Shown piece after piece: positions 1-8,229 of a DNA stretch of 64,000 nt. Source of the DNA: an uncultured Clostridia bacterium. Lineage in GTDB: Bacteria; Bacillota; Clostridia; Christensenellales; UBA1242. A program made the translations under genes and the position numbers. Under the pieces are notes generated by a model that saw only the letters and a list, made by a program, of their open reading frames with translations, was not told the DNA's origin and searched no databases. The stretch lies in the NCBI GenBank assembly GCA_944349895.1, contig CALVNQ010000001.1, positions 48,948-112,947 of the forward strand. The letters are read 5' to 3'. The number at the start of each line of letters is the position of its first letter. Position 1 is the first letter of the stretch.

Positions 1-110
1 AACGCTCAAAATATTTGAATCCTGACTTTGAAATCAAAGAAAACAATGATGAACAAGAGAATAACTTGTTATCTTCATCAAATGAGGAGGTCTCTAATGA
101 AAAAATTTAA
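1..110 (+). CDS. 3' end of upstream ORF (possibly secD), partial
   Basis: The frame-3 ORF is open from the window edge to TAA at 108-110 and overlaps the secF start by 14 nt. Only about 35 low-complexity residues are visible. The secD assignment rests on position alone. Confidence 0.3.
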   Translation, partial: RSKYLNPDFEIKENNDEQENNLLSSSNEEVSNEKI

Positions 111-1191
111 AAAAACAGATCGCCTTTCTTTTGATGAAAAAATTGCTTCGTCTAATTTTGATTATTGTAAAAATTTAAAATGGTTTTTAATAGCTCCCGC
201 CGTCATAATATTAATTGGTATTATTCTTTTCTTTACGGTTGGCTTCAATCTGGGAATGGATTTTACCGGTGGTTCAATTATGACAATTTATGCTAATGAT
301 GAAAGTAAAATTGAGGGGGTTAAATCCTATAATATTTCAAATTCAGAAGATTTCAATTCTATGCAAAAGATTATTAATGAAGTTTTAAATGAAAATAATC
401 TTTATGCAAGCGTTTACCAAACAACAACAATGACTATAAATGAGCTCGACGTTTATGATGGCCAAGGTATTATAGTTAAATACCAAAATATAGACGGAGC
501 ATCTTCAAGTGAAATTGAATCACTAAATCAAAAAGTGAAAGAAGATCTTTTAAAAGCTTTCGGTTATAACGACATTTCTAATGGTAACTATGCAATCACA
601 AATGGGGGAGTTACAACAGCAACTGCTTCCAACGAGCTTCTTATGAATGCTTTTATTGCTATGCTTGTTGCTCTTGCACTTATTTTGATATATGTTGCTT
701 TTAGATTTGAACTCGCAAGTGGTTTGGCAACAATTCTTGCACTTTTCCATGATTTGCTTATTATGGCATCTTTCGTTTTAATTTTCAGAATAACAATTAA
801 TTCATCTTTTATCGCGGCGCTTGTCACTATCTTAGGTTATTCAATAAATAATACTATTGTTATTTTTGATAGAATAAGAGAAAACCAAAAAAGTGGCAAA
901 TATGAAAAGGCTCCTAATTCTTTGATTGCTAACAATTCTGTTAAAGAAACTATGACAAGAAGCATTTTCACCACTTTAACAACTTTTATTACTATAGCTT
1001 TAGTGGCTATAATTGGTGTGACAGATATTAGAGATTTCGCTATACCTATCACTATTGGTGTCCTTGCTGGTTTTTATTCGTCTGTTTTCATTACTCCAGG
1101 GCTTTGGGCTATCGCATATAATCATAAAAATAGGAAAAAAATTAAAAAAAATAACAAACCAACAAATCAAGAAGATAAAATCATTGCTTAA
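97..1191 (+). CDS. secF: protein-export membrane protein SecF
   Basis: I trimmed ORF 28..1191 to ATG 97, which lies 6 nt after GAGGAGG (84-90). It has a SecD/F-type multi-TM layout with the DFTGGS and FHDLLI regions. Confidence 0.85.
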   Translation: MKKFKKTDRLSFDEKIASSNFDYCKNLKWFLIAPAVIILIGIILFFTVGFNLGMDFTGGSIMTIYANDESKIEGVKSYNISNSEDFNSMQKIINEVLNENNLYASVYQTTTMTINELDVYDGQGIIVKYQNIDGASSSEIESLNQKVKEDLLKAFGYNDISNGNYAITNGGVTTATASNELLMNAFIAMLVALALILIYVAFRFELASGLATILALFHDLLIMASFVLIFRITINSSFIAALVTILGYSINNTIVIFDRIRENQKSGKYEKAPNSLIANNSVKETMTRSIFTTLTTFITIALVAIIGVTDIRDFAIPITIGVLAGFYSSVFITPGLWAIAYNHKNRKKIKKNNKPTNQEDKIIA

Positions 1192-1207
1192 TTGCAATGA
1201 TTTTTTT
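1181..1207 (+). terminator. intrinsic terminator after secF
   Basis: Stem TCATTGC (1181-1187) pairs with GCAATGA (1194-1200) and is followed by a T7 run. The hairpin overlaps the stop codon. Confidence 0.6.
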
Positions 1208-1236
1208 GTTTTTCTTTATTTTTAATGTCTAAACAC

Positions 1237-1265
1237 TTGCAAAAAGTTGATTTTTGTGTTAATAT
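1237..1265 (+). promoter_or_regulatory. sigma-A-type promoter of rpsB-tsf
   Basis: TTGCAA (1237-1242), a 17-nt spacer, then extended -10 TGtTAATAT (1257-1265). Confidence 0.6.
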
Positions 1266-1411
1266 TTGTTTCGTCATTGAGACAAATAAGCACCCATATC
1301 CCATTTCCTTATTGTTGCCCACGTTATTAATTGGGGTCAAATTAATAGCAGGTTGTTAAGGAGAGAAAGAAACGGAATGGGGAAGACTAAAAACTAAAGG
1401 AGGAAAAAACA
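1266..1411 (+). promoter_or_regulatory. structured 5' leader of rpsB (candidate r-protein autoregulatory leader)
   Basis: There are nested helices. CCCATTTCC (1300-1308) pairs with GGAATGGGG (1374-1382) with one bulge. An inner hairpin pairs 1325-1332 with 1340-1347 around a GGGGTCA loop. The strong SD AAAGGAGGA follows. Confidence 0.3.
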
Positions 1412-2404
1412 ATGTCGGTTATTTCAATGAAACAACTTCTTGAAGCTGGCGTACATTTTGGACATCAAACAAGAAAGTGGAACCCTAAAATGAAACCTTA
1501 CATTTTTATGGCTAGAAATGATATCCATATTCTTAATCTTGAAAAAACAAGTGAGCTAATTGATAAAGCTTACATTTTTGTTCGTGATGTTGTAGCTTCA
1601 GGGAAAAACGTCCTTTTTGTCGGGACAAAAAAACAAGCACAAGATGCTATAAAGGAAGAAGCTGAAAGATGTGGTATGTTTTATGTTAATTCAAGATGGC
1701 TTGGTGGCTGTCTTACTAATTTTAAAACTATTACAAAAAGAATTGATAGATTAAATAAACTTAATCAAATGGAAAAAGTAGGGGAATTTGATCTTTTACC
1801 TAAAAAAGAAGTTTCTATTCTCAAAGCTGAAAGAGATAAGCTTGAAAAAAATCTTGGTGGAATTAAAGATATGCGTGAAATGCCTGGTGTTATTTTTGTT
1901 GTTGACCCTTCAAATGAACACATTTGCGTTAAAGAGGCCGTTTCTCTTAAAATTCCTATGGTCGGGCTTGTTGATACTAATTGTGACCCTTCAGGTATTG
2001 ACTATGTGATCCCAGGTAATGATGATGCTATTCGTTCAGTTAAATTGATTGCCTCTGCTATTGCAGATGCTGTTATCGAGGCTAAAGAGGGAGTTTCTCT
2101 TAAAAAAGAAGAAGACAATGAAGAAGATATAGTTAATCTTGAAGAAGCTTTAAAAGATATCAATATCGAAGACGTTAAGCCTGAAGATAAAGAAAAAAAA
2201 GCTCCTAAGAAGAAAACTTCTACTAAAAAAACTTCTGCTAAACAAGGCGAAACTGAAAAAACAGAAAGTGCTGAAAAAATAGATGATGCCGTTTCTGTTG
2301 CAAAAACCGAAACTGTAGAAAAAGTTTCAAATGATAGCGAAACCGAAGTTAAGAAACCTAAAAAAACAACAAAATCAAAAAAAACTGAAACAAAAGGAGA
2401 ATAA
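1412..2404 (+). CDS. rpsB: 30S ribosomal protein S2 with ~100-aa Lys/Glu-rich C-terminal extension
   Basis: The N-terminus [27 protein letters not shown] is the canonical S2 start. At 330 aa the protein is longer than the usual ~250. Confidence 0.95.
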   Translation: MSVISMKQLLEAGVHFGHQTRKWNPKMKPYIFMARNDIHILNLEKTSELIDKAYIFVRDVVASGKNVLFVGTKKQAQDAIKEEAERCGMFYVNSRWLGGCLTNFKTITKRIDRLNKLNQMEKVGEFDLLPKKEVSILKAERDKLEKNLGGIKDMREMPGVIFVVDPSNEHICVKEAVSLKIPMVGLVDTNCDPSGIDYVIPGNDDAIRSVKLIASAIADAVIEAKEGVSLKKEEDNEEDIVNLEEALKDINIEDVKPEDKEKKAPKKKTSTKKTSAKQGETEKTESAEKIDDAVSVAKTETVEKVSNDSETEVKKPKKTTKSKKTETKGE

Positions 2405-2409
2405 ACTAT

Positions 2410-3057
2410 ATGTTTACAGCTAAAGATGTTGCAGAACTTCGTGCTAGAACAAATGCTGGTATGATGGATTGCAAAAAAGCTTTAACAGAGTGTGATGGAG
2501 ATTTCGAAAAAGCTACTCAATGGCTTAGAGAAAAGGGTATAGCAGCAGCTTCAAAAAAACAAGGCAGAATTGCTTCTGAGGGTGTTGTTGGCTCATATAT
2601 TCACATGGGAGGTAAGATCGGCGTTCTAGTTGAAGTTAATTGTGAAACCGATTTCGTCGCTAGAACAGATGCTTTCCAGGCACTTGTTAAAGACATAGCA
2701 ATGCAAATTGCTGCAGCGAATCCTCAATATGTTTCTAGAGAGGAAGTCCCTGCTGATGTGCTTGAAAAAGAAAAAGAAATTCTTCGTGCTCAAGCTAAAA
2801 ATGAAGGGAAACCAGAAGCAATTATTGAAAAAATGGTGGAAGGAAGAGTTGTTAAATTTTATAAAGATTTCTGTCTTCTAGACCAAGAATTTGTTAAAGA
2901 TTCATCAAAAACAATTCAAACAGTTTTAAATGAAGCAACTTTAACGATTGGTGAAAAAATATCTGTTCGTAGATTTACAAGATATGAAATGGGTGAAGGC
3001 CTAGAAAAACGCCAAGATAATCTTGCAGAAGAAGTCGCAAAAATGTCTGGTAACTAA
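2410..3057 (+). CDS. tsf: elongation factor Ts (short form)
   Basis: It has the UBA-like N-terminus [17 protein letters not shown] and a dimerisation core, and it lies directly after rpsB. Confidence 0.93.
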   Translation: MFTAKDVAELRARTNAGMMDCKKALTECDGDFEKATQWLREKGIAAASKKQGRIASEGVVGSYIHMGGKIGVLVEVNCETDFVARTDAFQALVKDIAMQIAAANPQYVSREEVPADVLEKEKEILRAQAKNEGKPEAIIEKMVEGRVVKFYKDFCLLDQEFVKDSSKTIQTVLNEATLTIGEKISVRRFTRYEMGEGLEKRQDNLAEEVAKMSGN

Positions 3058-3061
3058 AATG

Positions 3062-3090
3062 AAACCTTGAGTGATTTCAAGGTTTTTTTA
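3062..3090 (+). terminator. intrinsic terminator after tsf
   Basis: Stem AAACCTTGA (3062-3070) pairs with TCAAGGTTT (3077-3085), followed by a T run. Confidence 0.8.
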
Positions 3091-3196
3091 TTTTTGAACA
3101 AATTAATCCTTTAATTAAAAATAATTTATATTAATTATTTTAAACAGATTTTTGTTATAAAAATCTATTAAATATATTAAACTAAAAGATTTTTAT

Positions 3197-3225
3197 TTGG
3201 ATTTATTTAAAAATTTTTGTATACT
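3197..3225 (+). promoter_or_regulatory. sigma-A-type promoter of frr-uppS-cdsA-rseP
   Basis: TTGGAT (3197-3202), a 17-nt spacer, then TATACT (3220-3225). Confidence 0.5.
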
Positions 3226-3245
3226 ATTTCGTATAAGGAGAATAT

Positions 3246-3815
3246 ATGAATAAAGATTTAATTGACGAAAAATTTTTTGATTTTGAAGCTGAATTAGATA
3301 AAGCTTTATCTCATCAAAATAATGAATATCAAGTTATTCGTGCAGGAAGAGCTAATCCACATATTCTTGATAAAATTTCCATAGACTATTATGGAGTCCC
3401 AACACCAATAAAACAATTGGCAAATATTTCAGTCCAAGAAGCAAGGATATTATGCATTTCTGTATGGGATCTTTCTCAAATTAAGAATGTCTCAAAAGCT
3501 ATCGCGGCTTCCGATATCGGCATTACCCCTTCTGATGATGGAAAGGTTATTCGTTTAATTTTCCCTCAACTAAATGAAGAAAGGAGAAAGGAAATAGTAA
3601 AACAAATAAAAAAAATAGCTGAAGATACTAAAATATCTATGCGTTCTGCAAGAAGAGACATTATGGACAGTCTTAAAGATATGAAGAAAAATAGCGAAAT
3701 ATCAGAAGATGAATTTTCTGTTCTTGAAAACGATGTTCAAAAACTTCTAGATAAATATGTAGAAAAAGTTGAATCCCTTTTTGAAACTAAGGAAAAAGAA
3801 ATTTTAGAAATTTAA
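3246..3815 (+). CDS. frr: ribosome recycling factor
   Basis: 189 aa with typical RRF regions (RAGRANPHILD, LNEERRKE). SD AAGGAGAA lies upstream. Confidence 0.93.
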   Translation: MNKDLIDEKFFDFEAELDKALSHQNNEYQVIRAGRANPHILDKISIDYYGVPTPIKQLANISVQEARILCISVWDLSQIKNVSKAIAASDIGITPSDDGKVIRLIFPQLNEERRKEIVKQIKKIAEDTKISMRSARRDIMDSLKDMKKNSEISEDEFSVLENDVQKLLDKYVEKVESLFETKEKEILEI

Positions 3816-3828
3816 AAGGGAGATTTTT

Positions 3829-4509
3829 ATGACTAACCCTAAACATATAGCATTCATTTTAGATGGGAATGGCCGATGGGCCAAAAAAAGAGGGTTGCCT
3901 CGAACCTTAGGACATAGGGAAGGGGTTAAAGCTATTGAAAGAACTTTATTAGCATTAATTGATTTAAAAATTCCATATGCTAGTTTCTATGCTTTTTCGA
4001 CCGATAATTGGAAGAGAAGTCAGGAAGAAATTTTTGGGCTTTTTGATTTAGCAAAACAGTATTTTTCAAAAGGAATAGATTTTTTCAATAGTCATGACAT
4101 TAAAGTAACCTTTTTTGGAGATCTATCTGCTTTTCCTATGGATTTACAAATCGTTTTAAAAGAAGTTTCAAATAAAACAAAAAACAATAAAACTTTAGTT
4201 ACTGGTTTTTGTCTTAATTATGGAGGAAGAGAAGATATAGTTCATGCGATAAATTCTTTATTAAAAGAAAACAAAAAACTTATTACACTTGATGATATAT
4301 CTAAAAATTTATATTCTAAAAATTTTCCAGATCCTGACTTTGTAATCAGAACTAGTGGAGAACAAAGACTTTCTAATTTCCAATTATGGCAAATTTCTTA
4401 TTCTGAACTATATTTCCCAAAAGTTTTATGGCCAGATTTCAACAAAAAATATTTATTAAAATCACTCAAAGTTTTTTCAAAAAGAAAACGTAGATTTGGA
4501 GGTTACTAA
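3829..4509 (+). CDS. uppS: undecaprenyl-diphosphate synthase
   Basis: Contains the DGNGRWA motif, the ERTL region and the C-terminal RRFG. Confidence 0.92.
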   Translation: MTNPKHIAFILDGNGRWAKKRGLPRTLGHREGVKAIERTLLALIDLKIPYASFYAFSTDNWKRSQEEIFGLFDLAKQYFSKGIDFFNSHDIKVTFFGDLSAFPMDLQIVLKEVSNKTKNNKTLVTGFCLNYGGREDIVHAINSLLKENKKLITLDDISKNLYSKNFPDPDFVIRTSGEQRLSNFQLWQISYSELYFPKVLWPDFNKKYLLKSLKVFSKRKRRFGGY

Positions 4510-5450
4510 TGAAAACGAGATTACTTACTTCTCTTGGTATTGCTATAACTCTTGTGTTAATGTTTGTTTTGAAAATTTATGTCAGCTCTTATTTTTTTGA
4601 TGCTTTCTTTTTGATTGTCTCAATTTTTGCTTCTTATGAATTTGCAAATATTTTAACTAGATGTGGTAAATATAATTTCCCCTTATTAATTGTGCTATTT
4701 CCAGCTATTTCAACCATTATAAGTATACTTGGTATATATTTTGAAATTGGATTTGGATATACTATCATTTTAAACATAGCTTGTGCATTAATAATGCTTC
4801 TTGTTTTGTTTTTTATAAGTTTAATATTTAAAAGAAAAACACTTTTTGAAATGAAAATAAGACAAGTACAATCTTCAGTTGCTTTATTTTCTATTAAAAA
4901 AGCTTTTCACACTTTCTTAGGATTTATTTATCCTTCTTTTCTATTTTTGCTTTTGATTTTTATTAATCATTTTGATCAAATCCAAATAGATTCCATTATT
5001 AACTATAACAATACTCTATCGGTTTTTATTATTATATTTGCTTTCTTGATTCCTATTTTAACCGATAGTTTTGCTATGCTTACAGGAATGGCTTTTGGTG
5101 GAAAAAAATTAGCACCTAAAATTAGCCCAAATAAGACAATTTCTGGCTCGATCGGTGGTTTAATTTGGTGTATTTTACTTTCAGTTTGTGTATACTTGAT
5201 ATTAGGTTCTATAGATTACTTTTTCGCTGTTATTTCTAACTTCGCTATTTGGAAATTTATCATAATTATAGCATTAGGATCAGTAATAGCTCAAATTGGT
5301 GATCTTTTTGAATCTGCATTAAAAAGAAAAGCCGGCATAAAAGACAGTGGGAAAATTTTACCAGGACATGGGGGAATGCTTGATAGGATTGATTCATATA
5401 TTTTTGTAGCTCCATATTTACTTTTGGCTTTTTGTTTTGTTTTAATCTAG
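4509..5450 (+). CDS. cdsA: phosphatidate cytidylyltransferase
   Basis: Carries the CdsA signature SALKRKAGIKDSGKILPGHGGMLDRIDS in a multi-TM protein. Confidence 0.92.
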   Translation: MKTRLLTSLGIAITLVLMFVLKIYVSSYFFDAFFLIVSIFASYEFANILTRCGKYNFPLLIVLFPAISTIISILGIYFEIGFGYTIILNIACALIMLLVLFFISLIFKRKTLFEMKIRQVQSSVALFSIKKAFHTFLGFIYPSFLFLLLIFINHFDQIQIDSIINYNNTLSVFIIIFAFLIPILTDSFAMLTGMAFGGKKLAPKISPNKTISGSIGGLIWCILLSVCVYLILGSIDYFFAVISNFAIWKFIIIIALGSVIAQIGDLFESALKRKAGIKDSGKILPGHGGMLDRIDSYIFVAPYLLLAFCFVLI

Positions 5451-5457
5451 GAGTATA

Positions 5458-6570
5458 ATGAATTTTTTAACAGGACTTCTTTATATTGTCATAGCAATTT
5501 TTATTTTGCTTTTTATGGTTCTTCTTCATGAATTGGGCCATTATATTGCTGGGCGATTATTGAAATTTAAAATTGAAGAGTTCTCTGTTGGCTTTGGCAA
5601 AGCTTTATTTTCTCGTACTAACAAACGTGGGGAAAAAATTTCTTTGCGCATTTTTCCTTTGGGAGGCTATTGTGCCTTTAAAGGAGAAGGTGACGATAGC
5701 TCTCAGCCAGAATCCGATTCTTTTAATGCTCAAAAACCTTGGAAAAGAATCATTGTCTTTTTTGCCGGAGTATTGATGAATTTTCTTACCGCTGTAATTT
5801 TTTCTTTGATATTGCTTTGCACAATAGGTTATGACGTTCCTCAAATTAAAACCACAACTTTAACAACTTCTGATGGTCAAACATTTACTCAAACAGTTTT
5901 AAAAGAAAATGATGTCATTTTAGCGGTAGAAGGTGTGAAGGTAGATTTTGCTTTTGGCGATACCTTTCAGAATTTGATTTCTGCACAGCAAGACAAAGCA
6001 GAAAAATGGGTCGAAGACGGCAACGATATAGAATCTTATACTTTTATGGTAACGGTAAAACGTGGGCAAAGCTATATAGATTTAGATTTAAATTTTCAAG
6101 ATGTCACTGTTATGAAAGAAGACGGTATTACTGTTGACTCACAAAATTATTTGTTAGCAATAACTTATCAACCTTATGTTTATACATTTTGGGAAGCTTT
6201 AGGTAGATGTTGGGAGTTTGCGTTTGGGTTAGCATGGATAGTGTTAAAATCATTATGGCTTCTTATCACTTTTCAACTTCCAATAAGTTCTGTAGGTGGA
6301 CCTGTTACTGCAATAACTTCAATTGCTGGGGCAACACAGGCCAACTGGCTAAATTTGTTGATCTTAATTCCTCTTATCTCTGCTAATCTTGCTGTCTTTA
6401 ACATTTTACCTTTCCCAGCTCTTGATGGTTCGCATGTTTTGTTTACTCTTATAGAATGGATAAGGGGCAAACCAATAAAACGAAATGTTGAAAATATGAT
6501 ACATTTTATTGGATTATGCGTATTGTTTGGATTTGTTATAATAGTTGACATTTTACATTTTGTCTTGTAA
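5458..6570 (+). CDS. rseP: RIP zinc metalloprotease RseP/RasP
   Basis: HELGH sits in the first TM helix, followed by a PDZ-like middle region and the C-terminal NILPFPALDG motif. Confidence 0.9.
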   Translation: MNFLTGLLYIVIAIFILLFMVLLHELGHYIAGRLLKFKIEEFSVGFGKALFSRTNKRGEKISLRIFPLGGYCAFKGEGDDSSQPESDSFNAQKPWKRIIVFFAGVLMNFLTAVIFSLILLCTIGYDVPQIKTTTLTTSDGQTFTQTVLKENDVILAVEGVKVDFAFGDTFQNLISAQQDKAEKWVEDGNDIESYTFMVTVKRGQSYIDLDLNFQDVTVMKEDGITVDSQNYLLAITYQPYVYTFWEALGRCWEFAFGLAWIVLKSLWLLITFQLPISSVGGPVTAITSIAGATQANWLNLLILIPLISANLAVFNILPFPALDGSHVLFTLIEWIRGKPIKRNVENMIHFIGLCVLFGFVIIVDILHFVL

Positions 6571-6579
6571 AATTATCTC

Positions 6580-8121
6580 ATGAATGATTTTTTATTAAAA
6601 CTTCAACAATATAAGAATGGGGCCTATGATTTTTTAAAATTATATAATGTTTGTTTTGATAAATCTCAGAATCTTTGTGAGATAGTTTTTTTATACCCAG
6701 AAGAACTTTCAGAGATCGACCAAAACACAAGGGACGATATCTTAAATTTTGCAACAGATTATTTAAAATTACATTGTAATATAAAAGTTAAATTTAAAAA
6801 AAGTTTTTTAGATGAAAGATTACTTAAAACCATTGTTTTGAAATTTTTTGAAAACAATTTCAAATCAATATCTGCTCAATTGAATGAAAAACAAATTATT
6901 ATTAATAAAAATGAAAATTTAATCTTGATTGAATTACATTTATGCAAAGAAATTATTAATATGTTTGATAATGTGTTTATTGAAAAATTATTATTAGAAG
7001 AATTAAATAATAATTTTATTGGCAATTTTCAAATTACGATTATTGAAAGTGATAGCTATAACATTGCTGACAAAATACCACAAGTCGCGATTTCAGTTAA
7101 ACCTAAAAAAGTATCGAGATATAACGTCGAAATTATTAAAAAATTGTTTGGCAAAGACATTTCTCCTTATCCTGAATTTATCAAAGACATTAATAAACCT
7201 AAAATTAACGTTATCTTATCTGGTAAAATTTTTAATCTACAAAAAAAATCTTTTGTTATTAAATCTGGTAAAAGAAAAGGGGAAGAAAAGTTTTATTTTA
7301 CTTTTTCATTAAATGATGGCAATTCCATAGATTGCGTTTATTTCTCAACAAAAACAAATGAAAAAAAATGCTCGGCTTTAGCAGACGGAATGTACTTTTT
7401 ATGTTTAGGTAATATAAAAATTGGATTATCTAATAAATTAACATATTACATATCTTCCATGTCTTTAGCTCAAAAATCTAATAAAGTATATGGAGATGAA
7501 AATAAAAATAGTGATTTTCTTATAGAAAGAACTCCCGTTGTCAATATTGAAGACTTTTATGACCATAAGCAAGAAAACATTTTTATAAAAGAGCCTGTTT
7601 ACAAAGAAATCATTGCGTTAAAAAATATTGTGGTTTATGACTTAGAAACTACTGGATTAGATCCTGAATCTTGTGAAATTATAGAGATTGGGGCAATAAA
7701 AATTGAGAAAGGCAAAATTACAAAAAAATTTTCAACTTTTGTTAAACCAAAGTCACCAATACCTCAAGAGGCGTCAAGAATTAATCATATTACTGATGAA
7801 ATGGTCAAGGATGCTCCGGGAATTGAAGATGTTATTTTAGACTTTTATGATTTTTCAAAAGACTGTGTTTTGTCAGGCTATAATAACACAGATTTTGATA
7901 ACAAATTTTTAAGAAAAGCTGGCCAGCAGTTTGGTGTTAAATTTAACAATGAAAATATTGACGTTCTATTGCTGGCTAGGTCTAGTAATTTAAAATTGTC
8001 TAATTATAAACTTTCTTCTGTCGCTTCGGCATTGAATATAGATCTTTCTAACGCCCATAGGGCTTATAATGACGCATTTGCAACTGCTAAAATACTTTTA
8101 AAACTTAACGAAATTGATTAA
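6580..8121 (+). CDS. PolC-like N-terminal/OB/DEDDh 3'-5' exonuclease protein lacking PHP and polymerase modules
   Basis: The three exonuclease motifs are present (VVYDLETTGLD, SGYNNTDFDNKFL, HRAYNDAFATAKILLKL). An OB-like segment (VILSGKIFNLQ...FYFTFSLNDGNSIDCVYFS) is collinear with the PolC OB domain. The ORF ends right after ExoIII. Confidence 0.7.
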   Translation: MNDFLLKLQQYKNGAYDFLKLYNVCFDKSQNLCEIVFLYPEELSEIDQNTRDDILNFATDYLKLHCNIKVKFKKSFLDERLLKTIVLKFFENNFKSISAQLNEKQIIINKNENLILIELHLCKEIINMFDNVFIEKLLLEELNNNFIGNFQITIIESDSYNIADKIPQVAISVKPKKVSRYNVEIIKKLFGKDISPYPEFIKDINKPKINVILSGKIFNLQKKSFVIKSGKRKGEEKFYFTFSLNDGNSIDCVYFSTKTNEKKCSALADGMYFLCLGNIKIGLSNKLTYYISSMSLAQKSNKVYGDENKNSDFLIERTPVVNIEDFYDHKQENIFIKEPVYKEIIALKNIVVYDLETTGLDPESCEIIEIGAIKIEKGKITKKFSTFVKPKSPIPQEASRINHITDEMVKDAPGIEDVILDFYDFSKDCVLSGYNNTDFDNKFLRKAGQQFGVKFNNENIDVLLLARSSNLKLSNYKLSSVASALNIDLSNAHRAYNDAFATAKILLKLNEID

Positions 8122-8136
8122 AATATTGAAAAATCC

Positions 8137-8165
8137 TTGATATTATCTTTTTTGTGTGGTATAAT
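8137..8165 (+). promoter_or_regulatory. consensus sigma-A promoter of rimP-nusA-infB operon
   Basis: TTGATA (8137-8142), a 17-nt spacer, then extended -10 TGgTATAAT (8157-8165). Confidence 0.7.
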
Positions 8166-8185
8166 CTTGATGACTAGAAATTTTG

Positions 8186-8209
8186 GAAGTGGGCAGAGAT
8201 GCCCACTTC
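8186..8209 (+). promoter_or_regulatory. leader hairpin in rimP 5' UTR (candidate NusA-dependent attenuator)
   Basis: A perfect 9-bp GC-rich stem pairs GAAGTGGGC with GCCCACTTC around the loop AGAGAT. The interrupted U tract ATTTAT follows, and then the SD. Confidence 0.4.
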
Positions 8210-8229
8210 ATTTATAGAAGGAGGAAATT

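Noticed and set aside
550-1197. Four antisense ORFs (65-79 aa) inside secF.
   Set aside because: They lie entirely within, and opposite to, a well-supported membrane-protein CDS. They have no SD and show the composition typical of the reverse complement of an AT-rich coding strand.
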